Shown here piece by piece: positions 38,476 to 49,444 of a DNA stretch of 64,000 nucleotides. Both the position numbers and the translations under genes were made by a program. The DNA is from Tolypothrix carrinoi HA7290-LM1 (GTDB lineage: Bacteria > Cyanobacteriota > Cyanobacteriia > Cyanobacteriales > Nostocaceae). Location of the stretch: assembly GCA_019358935.1 (NCBI GenBank), contig JAHHIK010000014.1, positions 1-64,000 of the forward strand. The letters run 5' to 3'. Under the pieces are notes generated by a model. The model saw nothing but the letters and a program-made list of their open reading frames with translations. It ran no database searches and was not told the origin of the DNA. Each line of letters starts with the position of its first letter. The first letter of the stretch is position 1.

Positions 38476-40608
38476 ATGGCGATTCCAAGTGTGAGGAGAA
38501 GTAATCATCAAACTAGCCGCTCAAAAGAACCGGAAAAATCGAATTTTCTACCCTTGGGAACTAAGCGTATTGCCGCTTGGGTAGCTGAAATTACATTGGT
38601 AGTTACCAGTGGGTTGATTCCCTTCGGTATGGGTGTATACGCGAATTCTCGAAGCGATCTAGACCGAGTACCACTCAACCCGGTGCTTGTAGTCACTGAA
38701 AGAGCGATCGCTCAACCTTTGGCTCTACCTATAAGTTACGGTACGCGAAATGTAGCATGGCCCACTAATTTTTTGTGGACAGTAGCTTTGTTAGCCCCCC
38801 TGACAGTCTCTGGCTGGCAATTATATTTACTGGCTAAAACTGGTAGCACTATTCCCAAACGTTGGTTTGGCGTTCGGGTTGTTAACGACAAAGGCGCACC
38901 TCCCGGTTTCGCGGCTGTTTTGGTGCGAGAAGGAATTGGTCGTTGGACTGTGCCCATGTCCATCGCTTATCTGGTATGGAGATACAGCTTATTCTTTCCT
39001 AATTTAAGTGTTTTTACGGGATTAATTGCTTTGCTTTGGTTGGCAGAAGGGATGGGTTTACCGTCGAAGCAGGAGCCTAGGCGGGCACTACACGATCGCT
39101 TGGCGGGTACTTACACCATAGATGCTAATCGCCCCTTTACACCCCCGGTGTTATCAAGTAGTAATCAGCCTAGCTTGACACAAGATGAGGAACAAGCGAT
39201 CGCCTTAGAATATGTCGATCGGCTTAACCTCTGGGGACGGATGCGGCAAAACCCCAGTCTGCCTTTGTTTGGGGTAGCACTTCTCAGCATGGTTGCCGTG
39301 TTAGGAACTTTAGTAGCTACTCAAGTTTACATCCAAACTCAGGAAACCAAGCGCGAAGCCGATCAAGGTAAAAGACAACAGTTTCTCGCACTCCAAAAAC
39401 AGTTAACTCCCAACTCCACCGCTAGCGATGAGGAACGCCGAAGTGCAATTTTAGCAATGGGTACTCTGAATAACCCGCAGGCGATGGAATTTTTGGTGAG
39501 TCTGTTGGCTAAAGAAACTAACCCTATCCTACTTGATACGATTCAACAAGCGTTAGTAAGTATTGGTCCGGAAGCCATCCCCGATTTAAAACGCATGAAT
39601 CAGTTTCTTGCTGGTGAGATGAATGCTAACAGCAACTCGCCCCAAGATAGAGAAATGCGACAAACAAAGTTACATATCAACCAGCGAGCAATTAACAAGA
39701 TTTTAGCTGTCTACAGCAGTCGAATCAACAGCCTCGATCTGAGTCGCACTCAATTGGGACAAAGCGGCACTGGGAATAGTTCCAACTTCAACTTGGTATT
39801 AAACAATGTTGATTTATCGGGAATTAATTTCAAATTCGCAAATTTGAATTCTGCGAGTTTTAAAAGTAGTCGTTTCCGGGGTGCAGGTGAAGATGGACGC
39901 TGGGATACATACGACGATTCAATTGCTGATTTAAGTGGCGCTCAAATCAAACAAGCCAATCTCACCGATGCTAACCTCAGCCGCGTTTTGATGATCGGTA
40001 CCGATTTGAGACGTGCTACTCTCAACAGAGCTAATTTATCCAATGCGCGTTTGGTTAGTGCTAAACTTGGCAGCGCTCAGTTAGTGGGAGCCGATTTGCG
40101 GGGTGCAGTTTTGGAAAATGCTAGCTTGACTGGGGCTGATTTGGGCGAAGCGAAATTAAACGAAGCCAATTTGTATGCTGCTAGTTTAAGTCGGGTGATT
40201 GCGATCGGCACGCAATTATCTTTTGCCAACTTAACTAAAACTAATTGGCAAGGATCGGATTTATCGGGAGCTTATTTGGATCGCGCCAATCTAAGCGATG
40301 CTAACTTAAGTGCGACTCGCCTGACTGGTGCTATATTGCGATCGGCTCAGATGTCTAATGCTAATTTGCGGAATGCCGACTTGAGCCTTGCAGATTTACG
40401 GGGAGCAAATTTGGCTGGCGCTGATTTTCAGGGGGCAATTCTTGCTCCTAGCAAACAAGATCCGGCAGATCAATTTGTGCAAACGCCAGCAATGGGGGCA
40501 CAATCTGCTGTAGTACAGGGAGTTGATTTTACTCAAGTCAACAATTTAGATCCCAAGCAACTGGCTTACATTTGCACTCAAGGTGGCATTCATCCTCGTT
40601 GCCCTTAG
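38476..40608 (+). CDS. hglK: RDD-like membrane domain + HEAT-like + pentapeptide-repeat protein, probable HglK
   Basis: RIAAWVAE...RRALHDRLAGT membrane region and a long A(D/N)Lxx array. Size and architecture fit HglK as recalled; not verified. Confidence 0.55.
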   Translation: MAIPSVRRSNHQTSRSKEPEKSNFLPLGTKRIAAWVAEITLVVTSGLIPFGMGVYANSRSDLDRVPLNPVLVVTERAIAQPLALPISYGTRNVAWPTNFLWTVALLAPLTVSGWQLYLLAKTGSTIPKRWFGVRVVNDKGAPPGFAAVLVREGIGRWTVPMSIAYLVWRYSLFFPNLSVFTGLIALLWLAEGMGLPSKQEPRRALHDRLAGTYTIDANRPFTPPVLSSSNQPSLTQDEEQAIALEYVDRLNLWGRMRQNPSLPLFGVALLSMVAVLGTLVATQVYIQTQETKREADQGKRQQFLALQKQLTPNSTASDEERRSAILAMGTLNNPQAMEFLVSLLAKETNPILLDTIQQALVSIGPEAIPDLKRMNQFLAGEMNANSNSPQDREMRQTKLHINQRAINKILAVYSSRINSLDLSRTQLGQSGTGNSSNFNLVLNNVDLSGINFKFANLNSASFKSSRFRGAGEDGRWDTYDDSIADLSGAQIKQANLTDANLSRVLMIGTDLRRATLNRANLSNARLVSAKLGSAQLVGADLRGAVLENASLTGADLGEAKLNEANLYAASLSRVIAIGTQLSFANLTKTNWQGSDLSGAYLDRANLSDANLSATRLTGAILRSAQMSNANLRNADLSLADLRGANLAGADFQGAILAPSKQDPADQFVQTPAMGAQSAVVQGVDFTQVNNLDPKQLAYICTQGGIHPRCP

Positions 40609-40827
40609 GGGGAGATGGGGGGACAAGGGAGACAAGGGAGACAAGGGAGACAACGGAGACAACGGAGACAACGGAGACAACGGAGACAACGGAGACAAGG
40701 GAGATAGAGAAGTAAGTTTCTTCCTAGTCTCCTTATCCCTGCCCCCCTGCCCCCCTGCCCCCCTGCCCTCCTTGTCCCCCTTGTCCTCCTTGTCCTCCTT
40801 GTCCCCCTGCCCCCCTCCCCCTGCCCT
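40608..40827. repeat. STRR-like arrays (GGAGACAAG/C, CCCCCTG)
   Basis: Visible 7- and 9-mer tandems. Confidence 0.8.
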
Positions 40828-40931
40828 TTTTGCCGGCAAATTTGCTACATTTTGCCAAATACTACAAACAAACGTGCCGATTTTTGCCAAGATAATATTA
40901 TTTCCCAAAAAGTCACTGGGCAATAATCGGC

Positions 40932-41663
40932 ATGAGTGAAAAATCCATAGAAAGCGGCGGGAAGGCTTTTCTCGCTCTACTTTTGCCAATCTCTTTTTTA
41001 ATTATTTTCCTGGTTTCCACCTGGCGAGTTTTGCTGGGTGTTATTTTGCTGATAGCTGGTTTTAATCTTTGGCAGCGCTATAAATGGCAAAAGTGGTGTC
41101 AAGAAGTTAACCCGATTTTCAATAAAATGATTCGGGAAAGCCAGGGCAGAATTACGCCAATGGATTTGGCAATGAAGGGCAATTTTTCTGGGCAAACGGC
41201 AAAACGTTATCTAGATACTAAAGCCACGGAATTTGGCGCTAGCATTTTGAATGAAGACAGCAGTCCGGTCTATCATTTCATCACTGGTAGCATTCTCGGC
41301 AGCATACTTGATAGTAGTGAGCCAATTAAAGAACTTGCATCTTTACCTGTTGCCATTAATGCACAATTACTGGCAGCACCGTTACCTGAGGTACAAAAGG
41401 AAAAAGCAGAAGCTGAATCATTAACACAAACAACTACAGAGGAAGTGAAAAAACCTCTGGAAAAACAGTTAGTTTTTGGCTCTCTCATTCAATCGGAACT
41501 GGCTAAACGGCTAAATGTTTATTCCAGTACGGTATATAAGCGACGAAACGATCCAGATTTTTCTGAGTGGAGTCGCAGCAGAGATCCGGATGGGATTGCT
41601 TGGAGTTTTTCCCGGACAAATAAGGAGTTTTTCCCGTTGGAGGAAGAAGGGAGTAGAAAGTAG
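40932..41663 (+). CDS. Hypothetical membrane protein
   Basis: Two N-terminal TM segments; C-terminal QSELAKRL...WSRSRDPDGIAW. Confidence 0.75.
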   Translation: MSEKSIESGGKAFLALLLPISFLIIFLVSTWRVLLGVILLIAGFNLWQRYKWQKWCQEVNPIFNKMIRESQGRITPMDLAMKGNFSGQTAKRYLDTKATEFGASILNEDSSPVYHFITGSILGSILDSSEPIKELASLPVAINAQLLAAPLPEVQKEKAEAESLTQTTTEEVKKPLEKQLVFGSLIQSELAKRLNVYSSTVYKRRNDPDFSEWSRSRDPDGIAWSFSRTNKEFFPLEEEGSRK

Positions 41664-41818
41664 GGAATAGGGAGTAGGGGCTAGGGGCTGGGGGCTGGGG
41701 GCTAGTAAGAAGTTACAATTTAATAATTTAAAGGCAAAAGTAATTTTGACTTTCCAGCTTCTAGCCTAAGCGCCTAAGCGCCCCTTAATAATTAAAAGGC
41801 AAAAGTAATTTTGACTTT

Positions 41819-42967
41819 CTAGCCCCTAGCCTCTAGCCCTAACCCCTCTTTTCCCACGGCTTCGGAGATGGAATTTAGTCCGTTTTGTTCTAATTTGGAA
41901 AGCAAGCCTTGAAGAATACGGCGTACCATAAAGGGACCTTCGTAAATCCAGCCTGTGTAAACTTGGATGAGACTAGCGCCAGCAGTAATTTTTTCCCAAG
42001 CGTCTTCTGGGGAAAAGATGCCGCCAACGCCGATTATCGGCATTTGACCTTGGGTTTGCGCGGCAATAAAGCGAATTATTTCTGTGGAGCGATCGCCTAA
42101 TGGCACACCACTAATTCCACCCGCTTCTTCAGTGACAGGTTTGCCGGTTTGGTCAATAACCTGCGTTTTCAGTCGATCGCGCCGGATGGTCGTATTAGTG
42201 GCAATAATCCCCGCCAGCTGGTATGTCTGAGCCAGGGAAATTATATCAGCGATCGCTTCCCATTCTAAATCTGGTGCTATCTTGACAAAAATAGGTTTTT
42301 GTGCAGTGTTTTCTTTTTGCAAGAGATCCAAGATAGAACTAAGCATAGCGGCATCTTGAAGCGATCGCAACCCTGGCGTATTCGGCGAAGATACATTAAC
42401 AACAAAATAATCTCCACAATTCTTAAGTAAGCGAAAACTGTTGAGATAATCACATGCAGCTTCTTCTAAGGGTGTTACCTTAGATTTGCCCAAATTTACA
42501 CCTATTGGTATTGAGATTAAATTCTGCTGGCTTTCTGCCAAAAGTTTTGCGATCGCTGCCGCACCACTATTATTAAAACCCATGCGGTTAAGAGCGGCTT
42601 TATCCAACGGCAAACGAAACAAACGAGGACGGGGATTTCCTGGCTGTGGGTGGTAAGTGACAGTTCCTAGTTCGGCAAAGCCAAAACCCAAACTCGACCA
42701 AATAGCAGCAGCAACTCCATCCTTATCAAATCCAGCAGCTAACCCAAGAGGATTTGGGAAATTTAGCCCAAATAAAGTTTGTTCTAAACGTGTATCCTGA
42801 AGACACAAAGACTGCTGTAAGCGGTGATGTATCCAACTAGCGGGTGGATTATTGCTTGTTTGCGACAGCCATTTGAAACTGCGAATCGTTGTGGAGTGTA
42901 ACCACTCTGGATCGGCTTTTACCAGATTAAATAAAAGAGGACGAATAGCAACTTGATAAATATCCAT
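41819..42967 (-). CDS. pyrD: Quinone-dependent dihydroorotate dehydrogenase
   Basis: [24 protein letters not shown] and GVGGI motifs. Confidence 0.95.
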   Translation of the reverse strand: MDIYQVAIRPLLFNLVKADPEWLHSTTIRSFKWLSQTSNNPPASWIHHRLQQSLCLQDTRLEQTLFGLNFPNPLGLAAGFDKDGVAAAIWSSLGFGFAELGTVTYHPQPGNPRPRLFRLPLDKAALNRMGFNNSGAAAIAKLLAESQQNLISIPIGVNLGKSKVTPLEEAACDYLNSFRLLKNCGDYFVVNVSSPNTPGLRSLQDAAMLSSILDLLQKENTAQKPIFVKIAPDLEWEAIADIISLAQTYQLAGIIATNTTIRRDRLKTQVIDQTGKPVTEEAGGISGVPLGDRSTEIIRFIAAQTQGQMPIIGVGGIFSPEDAWEKITAGASLIQVYTGWIYEGPFMVRRILQGLLSKLEQNGLNSISEAVGKEGLGLEARG

Positions 42968-43176
42968 TTCAATCCCTGATAGGGATTAACATACAACAGC
43001 CTGCTTTTTTATCTGTTAAACCCGGATATTTTGAGTTTATCAAAATTTTACCACTTTATAATAACGAGAATTACTTTAATTTCCCATAACTGGAGTGCAA
43101 GCACTAGTTGCAATATTAGTCTGAGTGCTTTTCTGGGCATCCTATATATTACAAGCTATATTGACTCATAATTTAG

Positions 43177-46035
43177 ATGGCGCAGAACCAAAAACCTATA
43201 GTCGCCGAATCACAAATTTTTTCCTTGGGTCGCGTCCTGCAAAGCCTTAGGGAAGAAGATAATGTTGACGTTCTGATTGAAACTACTATTTCTTATCTAA
43301 AAGAGCAATTTGACTTTAAATTGATTTGGATTGCTCTTTACGACAGACTTAATCATATATTGTTTGGTAAAGGAGGCTTCACGCCAGGTAATGACACCAC
43401 TGTTTTACAACAGCGCGTGGTTCTCAGTCCTGGAGATTTATCAGAGCAAGTAGTAATTGAACAGCGTGCGTTGGGTGTAGCCGATTTGCGAGCCGAAAAT
43501 AGAGCGGAGGAATGGCAGGAATTAGCAAGAAAATACAACATTCAAGGAACAATTTTTTTGCCAATTCGTTATAAAGACCGTTGTTTGGGTGTGGTGTTGC
43601 TGGGTTCAGAACTTTGGGGTTACTTGCTGGGGGGGGAAGACAAAGCAAAGCTATCAATAGTTTTAAGCGAACTGGGAGCAGAACTGTATCAAAGTGAGAT
43701 TAATTTGCAGCATCAGCAAATTAAGCGTCTCGACGAGCCTTTGATTAAATTGTTGGAGCGAGTGCAAACTTTAAATAACTTAGAGCCAAGGTTAGAAGCA
43801 GTAGTGCAAGCGACTCATCAATTTGTTTCTCCCACCCGCACCAATATTTACTGGTTTGAGCGAGAAGGACGCTACTTTTGGCGACGGGTGAGCAATCAAT
43901 CAAAGAGCATTAGCCATACTAACAATCAGCAAGCTGCGGGAATTACGGTACAGGAGTTTAGCGATTTTTACTACGCTTTATCGGTCAATCAAATTGTCTC
44001 GATTGGCGAGGCGCGTAGTTCTCTCAAAAGTAATTTTACCGGAAAGTTGCTGCAACGGCTGCGAGTGCGATCGCTTTTGGCAGCTCCTATCATCTGGCAA
44101 AAAGATTTGCTTGGCTTTTTAACGGTGGAAGCGAATGAAGCGCGAATTTGGACGGAAGCTGAGACAAATTTCCTTAAAAGTGCTGCTGGGTTAATTTCTC
44201 TAGTTGCTCCCACCCAAAGCATGGAAAGTACTATCAATCAAATTCAACTTGATTCTCAGCTAACTAGCCAAGTTGCCCAAGCTATTTATAGTAATCGCGA
44301 TCTGGAAGAAATTTTACGCAACTGTGCGGCAAAAGTTTTGCAGCGCTTAGAGGCAACTTGGTTTTTACTCTTACAGTACAACCCAGACCAAAATAATTAT
44401 CAATTTATTTACCAAAGCCAGCTTGTTAATCGCCGATGTTTGACATTTACTCTCGATGCTCTCAAAGAAGTTGATTCACAGCTTTTGCAACGTGCTACGG
44501 TAGCAGTGGGGATAGAAAACTTTGAGGAAGATTTGCGGTTTTTTAACTGGCGTTCTCTGTTGCTGGAAAATAACGTGCGATCGCTTTTAATTAGTAATTG
44601 TACTGCCAAACATGCACCAGAAGCGCTTTTAATAATTGCTCACGAAGCCAACCGCGCTTGGACAACTTTAGAAAAAGAGCTTTTGCAAATTGTCGCTCAA
44701 CAAATTGGTGCGATTGTCCGTCAGTGGCAGTTACAGGCAAATACCCACCATCAGCAACAAATTTTACAAACCTTTCAGCAATGTTTTCGGATTACGGAAC
44801 AGGCATACGCCACAGCCGAAGTAGAAGAAAAGCATCTAGAACGTACAGGGCTACAACAAATCGCATCTCTTCTCGGTTGTCCTTTGGCGATACTATTATC
44901 TTGGTCGCCCGGTCAGCGTGTTGCAGAAATTATACCTGGGGTAATTGCTAATAATCGGTTTGCGATCGCTCTTGATGCACCCGTCTTAATTCAAACAGAG
45001 GTTTTGATTCAGTGGGCACTTGCTACAGATGGTCTATTGACTCTGAGCGTGAGTGATTTACCACCTGATACTAAGAAATGGTTAAATGGTGCTGACATCG
45101 GTCAAATTTTGGTGATGGCATTACGTACCAGTCCTGATTATCAACCTACAGGTGTAGTGTTGATGGCTGACTATTTAGAACGGCGCTGGTCAGAACAAAG
45201 TCTTTATACCACAGAAACGTTAGTTTGTCAACTAGCTTGGTCGCGGCGATGGTTGCAAATTACTGAAAGTCTTGAATCGACAACAGAGGAATTACAACAA
45301 CTCAATTGGTACAAACATCGTCGTTTAGAAGACATTCAAAGAACGACAACGTTGTTACTCGGTCAAATTCATGATTTGGGGGTTCCGGCTACGGAACTGG
45401 CTCAAATGCGCTGTCAGCAACTGCTGCGGCAATTAGATCATACAACCGCCTCGATGACAGGACTGTTAAAGCTGGAGCAGTGGCAGTTGGTTTTTAGCTG
45501 TGAAACAATGCCAATAGCTAGTTTGTTCAAGCGATCGCTCGAACGAATTGATAATTTAATTAAACAGCACAAGTTGTGGGTAAGCGTGCATGGTTTAGGG
45601 CAATCTATTGGCATTCAAGAGTCAGAACAAAGCGGTTTAGTTCAGTCTACAGGAAAAACCACAATAGCGATCGCTGGCGACATCGTGAAAATAGAATTAA
45701 TTCTGCATGAATTGTTGCTCGGAGCATGTCATCGTTCTCCAAGTGGTGGCAGAATTGATATTTGGTGTCGCCGTTTAGATGAGCGCTTCTTAGAAGTATC
45801 AATTACAGATAATGGCATCATTGACGCACAGCTACTCCAAGAACTACACCCAGATAGACCCAAAGATTTGCTTGCTTTCTCAAACCTCAATCAACCACCA
45901 GGTTTGCACCTGCTGATTTGCCAAAACCTTATGCAAAAACTAGGCGGAGAATTGCAAATTTATCAATTACCAGATAATCGAGTAGTCAGCCGCTTATTGT
46001 TGCCTTTAACTTGTGGCAATGATTTGTCATATTAA
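43177..46035 (+). CDS. Multi-GAF protein with a degenerate HATPase-like C-terminus
   Basis: GAF-like segments (RSLLAAPII, RIWTEAE); C-terminal SITDNG and LICQNLMQKLGG. Confidence 0.8.
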   Translation: MAQNQKPIVAESQIFSLGRVLQSLREEDNVDVLIETTISYLKEQFDFKLIWIALYDRLNHILFGKGGFTPGNDTTVLQQRVVLSPGDLSEQVVIEQRALGVADLRAENRAEEWQELARKYNIQGTIFLPIRYKDRCLGVVLLGSELWGYLLGGEDKAKLSIVLSELGAELYQSEINLQHQQIKRLDEPLIKLLERVQTLNNLEPRLEAVVQATHQFVSPTRTNIYWFEREGRYFWRRVSNQSKSISHTNNQQAAGITVQEFSDFYYALSVNQIVSIGEARSSLKSNFTGKLLQRLRVRSLLAAPIIWQKDLLGFLTVEANEARIWTEAETNFLKSAAGLISLVAPTQSMESTINQIQLDSQLTSQVAQAIYSNRDLEEILRNCAAKVLQRLEATWFLLLQYNPDQNNYQFIYQSQLVNRRCLTFTLDALKEVDSQLLQRATVAVGIENFEEDLRFFNWRSLLLENNVRSLLISNCTAKHAPEALLIIAHEANRAWTTLEKELLQIVAQQIGAIVRQWQLQANTHHQQQILQTFQQCFRITEQAYATAEVEEKHLERTGLQQIASLLGCPLAILLSWSPGQRVAEIIPGVIANNRFAIALDAPVLIQTEVLIQWALATDGLLTLSVSDLPPDTKKWLNGADIGQILVMALRTSPDYQPTGVVLMADYLERRWSEQSLYTTETLVCQLAWSRRWLQITESLESTTEELQQLNWYKHRRLEDIQRTTTLLLGQIHDLGVPATELAQMRCQQLLRQLDHTTASMTGLLKLEQWQLVFSCETMPIASLFKRSLERIDNLIKQHKLWVSVHGLGQSIGIQESEQSGLVQSTGKTTIAIAGDIVKIELILHELLLGACHRSPSGGRIDIWCRRLDERFLEVSITDNGIIDAQLLQELHPDRPKDLLAFSNLNQPPGLHLLICQNLMQKLGGELQIYQLPDNRVVSRLLLPLTCGNDLSY

Positions 46036-46164
46036 ATTGCACATTTAAACATGAAACTGCAAAGCTTCAATCCTCAGCTTTTGTAAATATTAACCCTGAT
46101 TAATTAATTTAATAAAAGACAACAAAACAATTATAAGTTTTCAAGAGGTATAACCCAAGCTAAT

Positions 46165-46356
46165 TTAACGCCGTGTGCGACTTTTTCTCAAACCTAACCC
46201 CCAATCCCCTTCCCTGTATAGAGAATGGGGAGAACTCAAAGCCTCTCCCAGTAATAAAAGCTGCTCCTCTTCCCTCCCCTCTTAGGGGAGGGTTAGGGAG
46301 GGGTAGGGGAGAGGAATGGAAGTGAGGTCAAAAGAATAAGTTGCACCGAACCGTAA
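46165..46356. repeat. REP/MITE-like nested hairpin repeat
   Basis: Imperfect terminal IR (GTGCGACTT / AAGTTGCAC) around CCTCTCCCC...GGGGAGAGG hairpins. Confidence 0.5.
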
Positions 46357-46373
46357 TTTATTACAATTTGAGT

Positions 46374-46392
46374 CTTAACACCAAGCCTATTG
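46374..46392 (+). mobile_element. Isolated IS4-type terminal repeat
   Basis: CTTAACACCAAGCCTATTG matches the reverse complement of 50716-50734 at 18/19. Confidence 0.65.
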
Positions 46393-46412
46393 GCTTTTAA
46401 GGTGTAACTTTT

Positions 46413-47682
46413 TCACTTTTTACGGGACATTCCACATATACTGAGCGACCACCAAGCGATGTGCGTAAACTGGGCGCACTCAAACCAGGTAAAAGTAAAC
46501 ACGAGGTAGGTGACTACTACTGCCGAAATCCCCCGGTAAGGAGAATTGATAACCTCTACCAGACAGAATCCTATCAGTGCTAAGTAGGGTATTAGTCCTA
46601 GAAATCCTACGGATAAAGTTGTATCTAAAATTAGATTGTGTGCTTTGGTTGTGCGTAGCGGTTCCGTGCGGAGGAGTCCATTCTTGGCTTGAAAGTCAAA
46701 AGTGAAGTCACCCAAGCGAATTACTTTTACGAGTGATTTGCGATATTGTATCTCTGGGTAAGCTGCACCGAATCCATTAAAGCCCCATCCGAGTAAGGGA
46801 CGCTTTTGAATGCCGAGGGATGATAGTTCCCATAGATGCACGCGGTCAGATGTAATTTGTTTGATTAGAGGTAAGTTATTAAGGTGGCGGGTGGTAGTGC
46901 TAATACTGATTATTAACAGACACGCTAATGCAGCAGGAAGTATCAACTTATAATGTTTGCGTCCAAGCAGATAAGCAATTGCAACCATACAGGCTAATAA
47001 TCCTGCCCTGTTTTGAGTTAGCAGCAGTGCTGGGATAATTAAGACAGCAGCAATTAGTGCGTGGAGTGTGTTTATCCACTTCCACTGCCAACCGACAAGC
47101 GTCATAACTGCCACTGCTGCGAGGACAAATGATGCATGTCCGCGATGGGAATACAAACCGATTGGTTGGTGTCCCTGGAAAATGGTACTGGCGAGGATAT
47201 TGTCTTGCATCAATTGCCCACTTGTGGCAGTATAATCGATACGCCAATTAATCACCTGGGGGAAAATGCTCAGGGCTAGGATGACTCCGCCAATCACGCG
47301 CACCGATTAGTTGCGATCGCGCTAGTTCTGGATAAAGTCTTAGCAGTAGGGCATTGCTGAGGGTGAAGACGGCAATTAGCAGCCAGTAAAGTCAGCCATC
47401 ACCCATCTGTTCTTGTCCGAGTAGGGAACGTAAGGGGTAGGGACTAGTGAGGGTTGAGATAAGCCCAATTCCTAAGAATATTTCCCACAGCAGTCTGGTA
47501 ATTTTCCAACTTTGGGGAATTTTTAGGGCGTCTCTTTTTTCCCACAGATAAAGAAAATTGAGTATGCAGATTAGGAGGATGGCGAATACTTTTGGCTGTG
47601 TCCAGATTTCCCCGCGCATTGTACCAATTGGGTTAATGAGAATGATGCTAAGGGAAAATAGCAGGGTGTAAAGACGGTTCAC
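46413..47682 (-). pseudogene. O-antigen ligase (Wzy_C) family membrane protein, disrupted
   Basis: TGA at 47392-47394 and a frameshift near 47300; motifs LLLTQNRAG, R..LW, PLLGWG and AHNLILD. Confidence 0.75.
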
Positions 47683-47684
47683 GG

Positions 47685-49406
47685 TTACTTGTCTTTTTTA
47701 ATTTTTAGCGCTTTCACTATACTCCATGCGCCGAGTGCCAATAGTCCTAGTGCAGGTGTGGATTCGGGGACAGATTTAGACTTTTCAGAAGTGTAGTCCT
47801 TATCGATATCAAAGATTGGCAGGCTCTGGTTTACAGTCCTAAGAGCGAGGGTACGAGCGCACCCACCACCACCGCTTCCACCGCCACCATTACAACCACC
47901 GCCATTGTCACCGCTATCGCCACTTGCGGGCAGATTAAACCAGAAATAGCGGTTGCTGACAAGCTGACTTATCCCTGGTTGTTGGGAGCCATTGAGCGAT
48001 AATTCACTTGGATTAACGCTTGATAATCCGTCACCAAAACCGATGGCTGCCGGTGTACCGCCAAATCCACCTGTTCCTCCACTGGCATCACCTGTTTCCC
48101 ATTGGACATCTTTATAAAAGAAGCCAACGTTGCCTTCATTTGCAGGAGTAGGATAATCGGGTCCGCGCAGTACCAGCTGGAAGGAGGCTAATTTGTCTGT
48201 GTTCTGATTGTAATATCCCACTTTGTCCCATGTAACGATGACTTGGTTGGGAATATCTGTCCGCACTGCTACAGTTCCCGTGCCACGGGTATCTACATCT
48301 GCCCAGTAAGGAGCAATTATGGGAGCAGAACTTTGTGCGCCCACAGAGGTTGGTGTGTATGCTCCAATCGGGTTACCAAAAGAAATATTGCCGTTGTTGT
48401 TGAGGTAGAAACTGTTATATGTGTTGCCAAAAAAGGGCAGTGAAAAACCTAAGGGATAAGAACCGAAGGAGCCATCATCATTTGGAAAATATCCGCTTGG
48501 AGGTCCTCCAATTCCACCACAAAGCACACTATCAAACACACCACCAAGTCCACCACAAAACGCACCATTAAACAGACCACCAAGGTTATCTGTATAGTAC
48601 CCGCGATATTCGTGGAGTACTGGTACTCGCGTGAATCCGAACTCATCCAGTACCTGTTGCTGATAGTTGATGGGTAATTCAGCGTCTTCCCCCAGAGACT
48701 CCAGACGGGTGACATTAGTGGTTTTATCATCCCTAATCCTTGTTGACCATTTAAAACCACTGAGAAAATCATACGTTTGATTTCCAAAATCACCAACGAG
48801 AAAGGTGAGAAAATCCAACTCATTTCCAGCTGGGTCTCCTCCAGGGTAGTCTTGAAAATTTAATTCTGTTCCGTCTACTCTCTCCTCTAGTAAATTACCA
48901 AAATCCCAATCTCTGACATCATTATCATCGTCTGGCTTTTCGTATTCATCAAAGTACCAGGGTTTATCATCTGCCCATCTACCATCTTCATTGCTAGGAA
49001 GTTCGTACCCATTTTTAGGTAAATCGATATACGGTGCAGATAGCAGATTACCATTAACATCATTGGGAGGCGATGTATCATGTGTGATTATCTGCAACCA
49101 ATTAAAGTGAAATTTGTCAAATCCAGTCTCCTGTCTAATTTCATTCTGTAGTTGCTCGATAGTCATTGTCGTACCATTGCTATTTTTTTTAGTGACTTTA
49201 AATGCTCCATAAAGTCCTTCTGAATCGCCGAAATCTAGAGAAATTGTATCAATATCAACGTCAACTAAATCAACTGTTTCGCCCTTTACTTTTACATTAA
49301 CTGTTGCTCTCCCCCAAGCTGTTGTACTCAACATTGTGTTGAGTAAAATAGCTATACCCACTTGGACTATAATTATTTGGCTGAAGTTCAGTTTATATGC
49401 TTTCAT
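47685..49406 (-). CDS. Secreted nidogen-like (NIDO) domain protein with a PEP-CTERM-type tail
   Basis: Signal peptide; NDD...FFGNTYNSFYLNNNGNISF, IIAPYWADVDTR, FQLVL; tail VPESTPALGLLALG...KIKK. Confidence 0.85.
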   Translation of the reverse strand: MKAYKLNFSQIIIVQVGIAILLNTMLSTTAWGRATVNVKVKGETVDLVDVDIDTISLDFGDSEGLYGAFKVTKKNSNGTTMTIEQLQNEIRQETGFDKFHFNWLQIITHDTSPPNDVNGNLLSAPYIDLPKNGYELPSNEDGRWADDKPWYFDEYEKPDDDNDVRDWDFGNLLEERVDGTELNFQDYPGGDPAGNELDFLTFLVGDFGNQTYDFLSGFKWSTRIRDDKTTNVTRLESLGEDAELPINYQQQVLDEFGFTRVPVLHEYRGYYTDNLGGLFNGAFCGGLGGVFDSVLCGGIGGPPSGYFPNDDGSFGSYPLGFSLPFFGNTYNSFYLNNNGNISFGNPIGAYTPTSVGAQSSAPIIAPYWADVDTRGTGTVAVRTDIPNQVIVTWDKVGYYNQNTDKLASFQLVLRGPDYPTPANEGNVGFFYKDVQWETGDASGGTGGFGGTPAAIGFGDGLSSVNPSELSLNGSQQPGISQLVSNRYFWFNLPASGDSGDNGGGCNGGGGSGGGGCARTLALRTVNQSLPIFDIDKDYTSEKSKSVPESTPALGLLALGAWSIVKALKIKKDK

Positions 49407-49444
49407 TGGATTCTCTTGTCTTTTTTAGAAGGATATACAGCAGC

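Noticed and set aside
41720..41819. 35-bp direct repeat after pyrD
   Set aside because: It is a local AT-rich duplication among STRRs with no further support.
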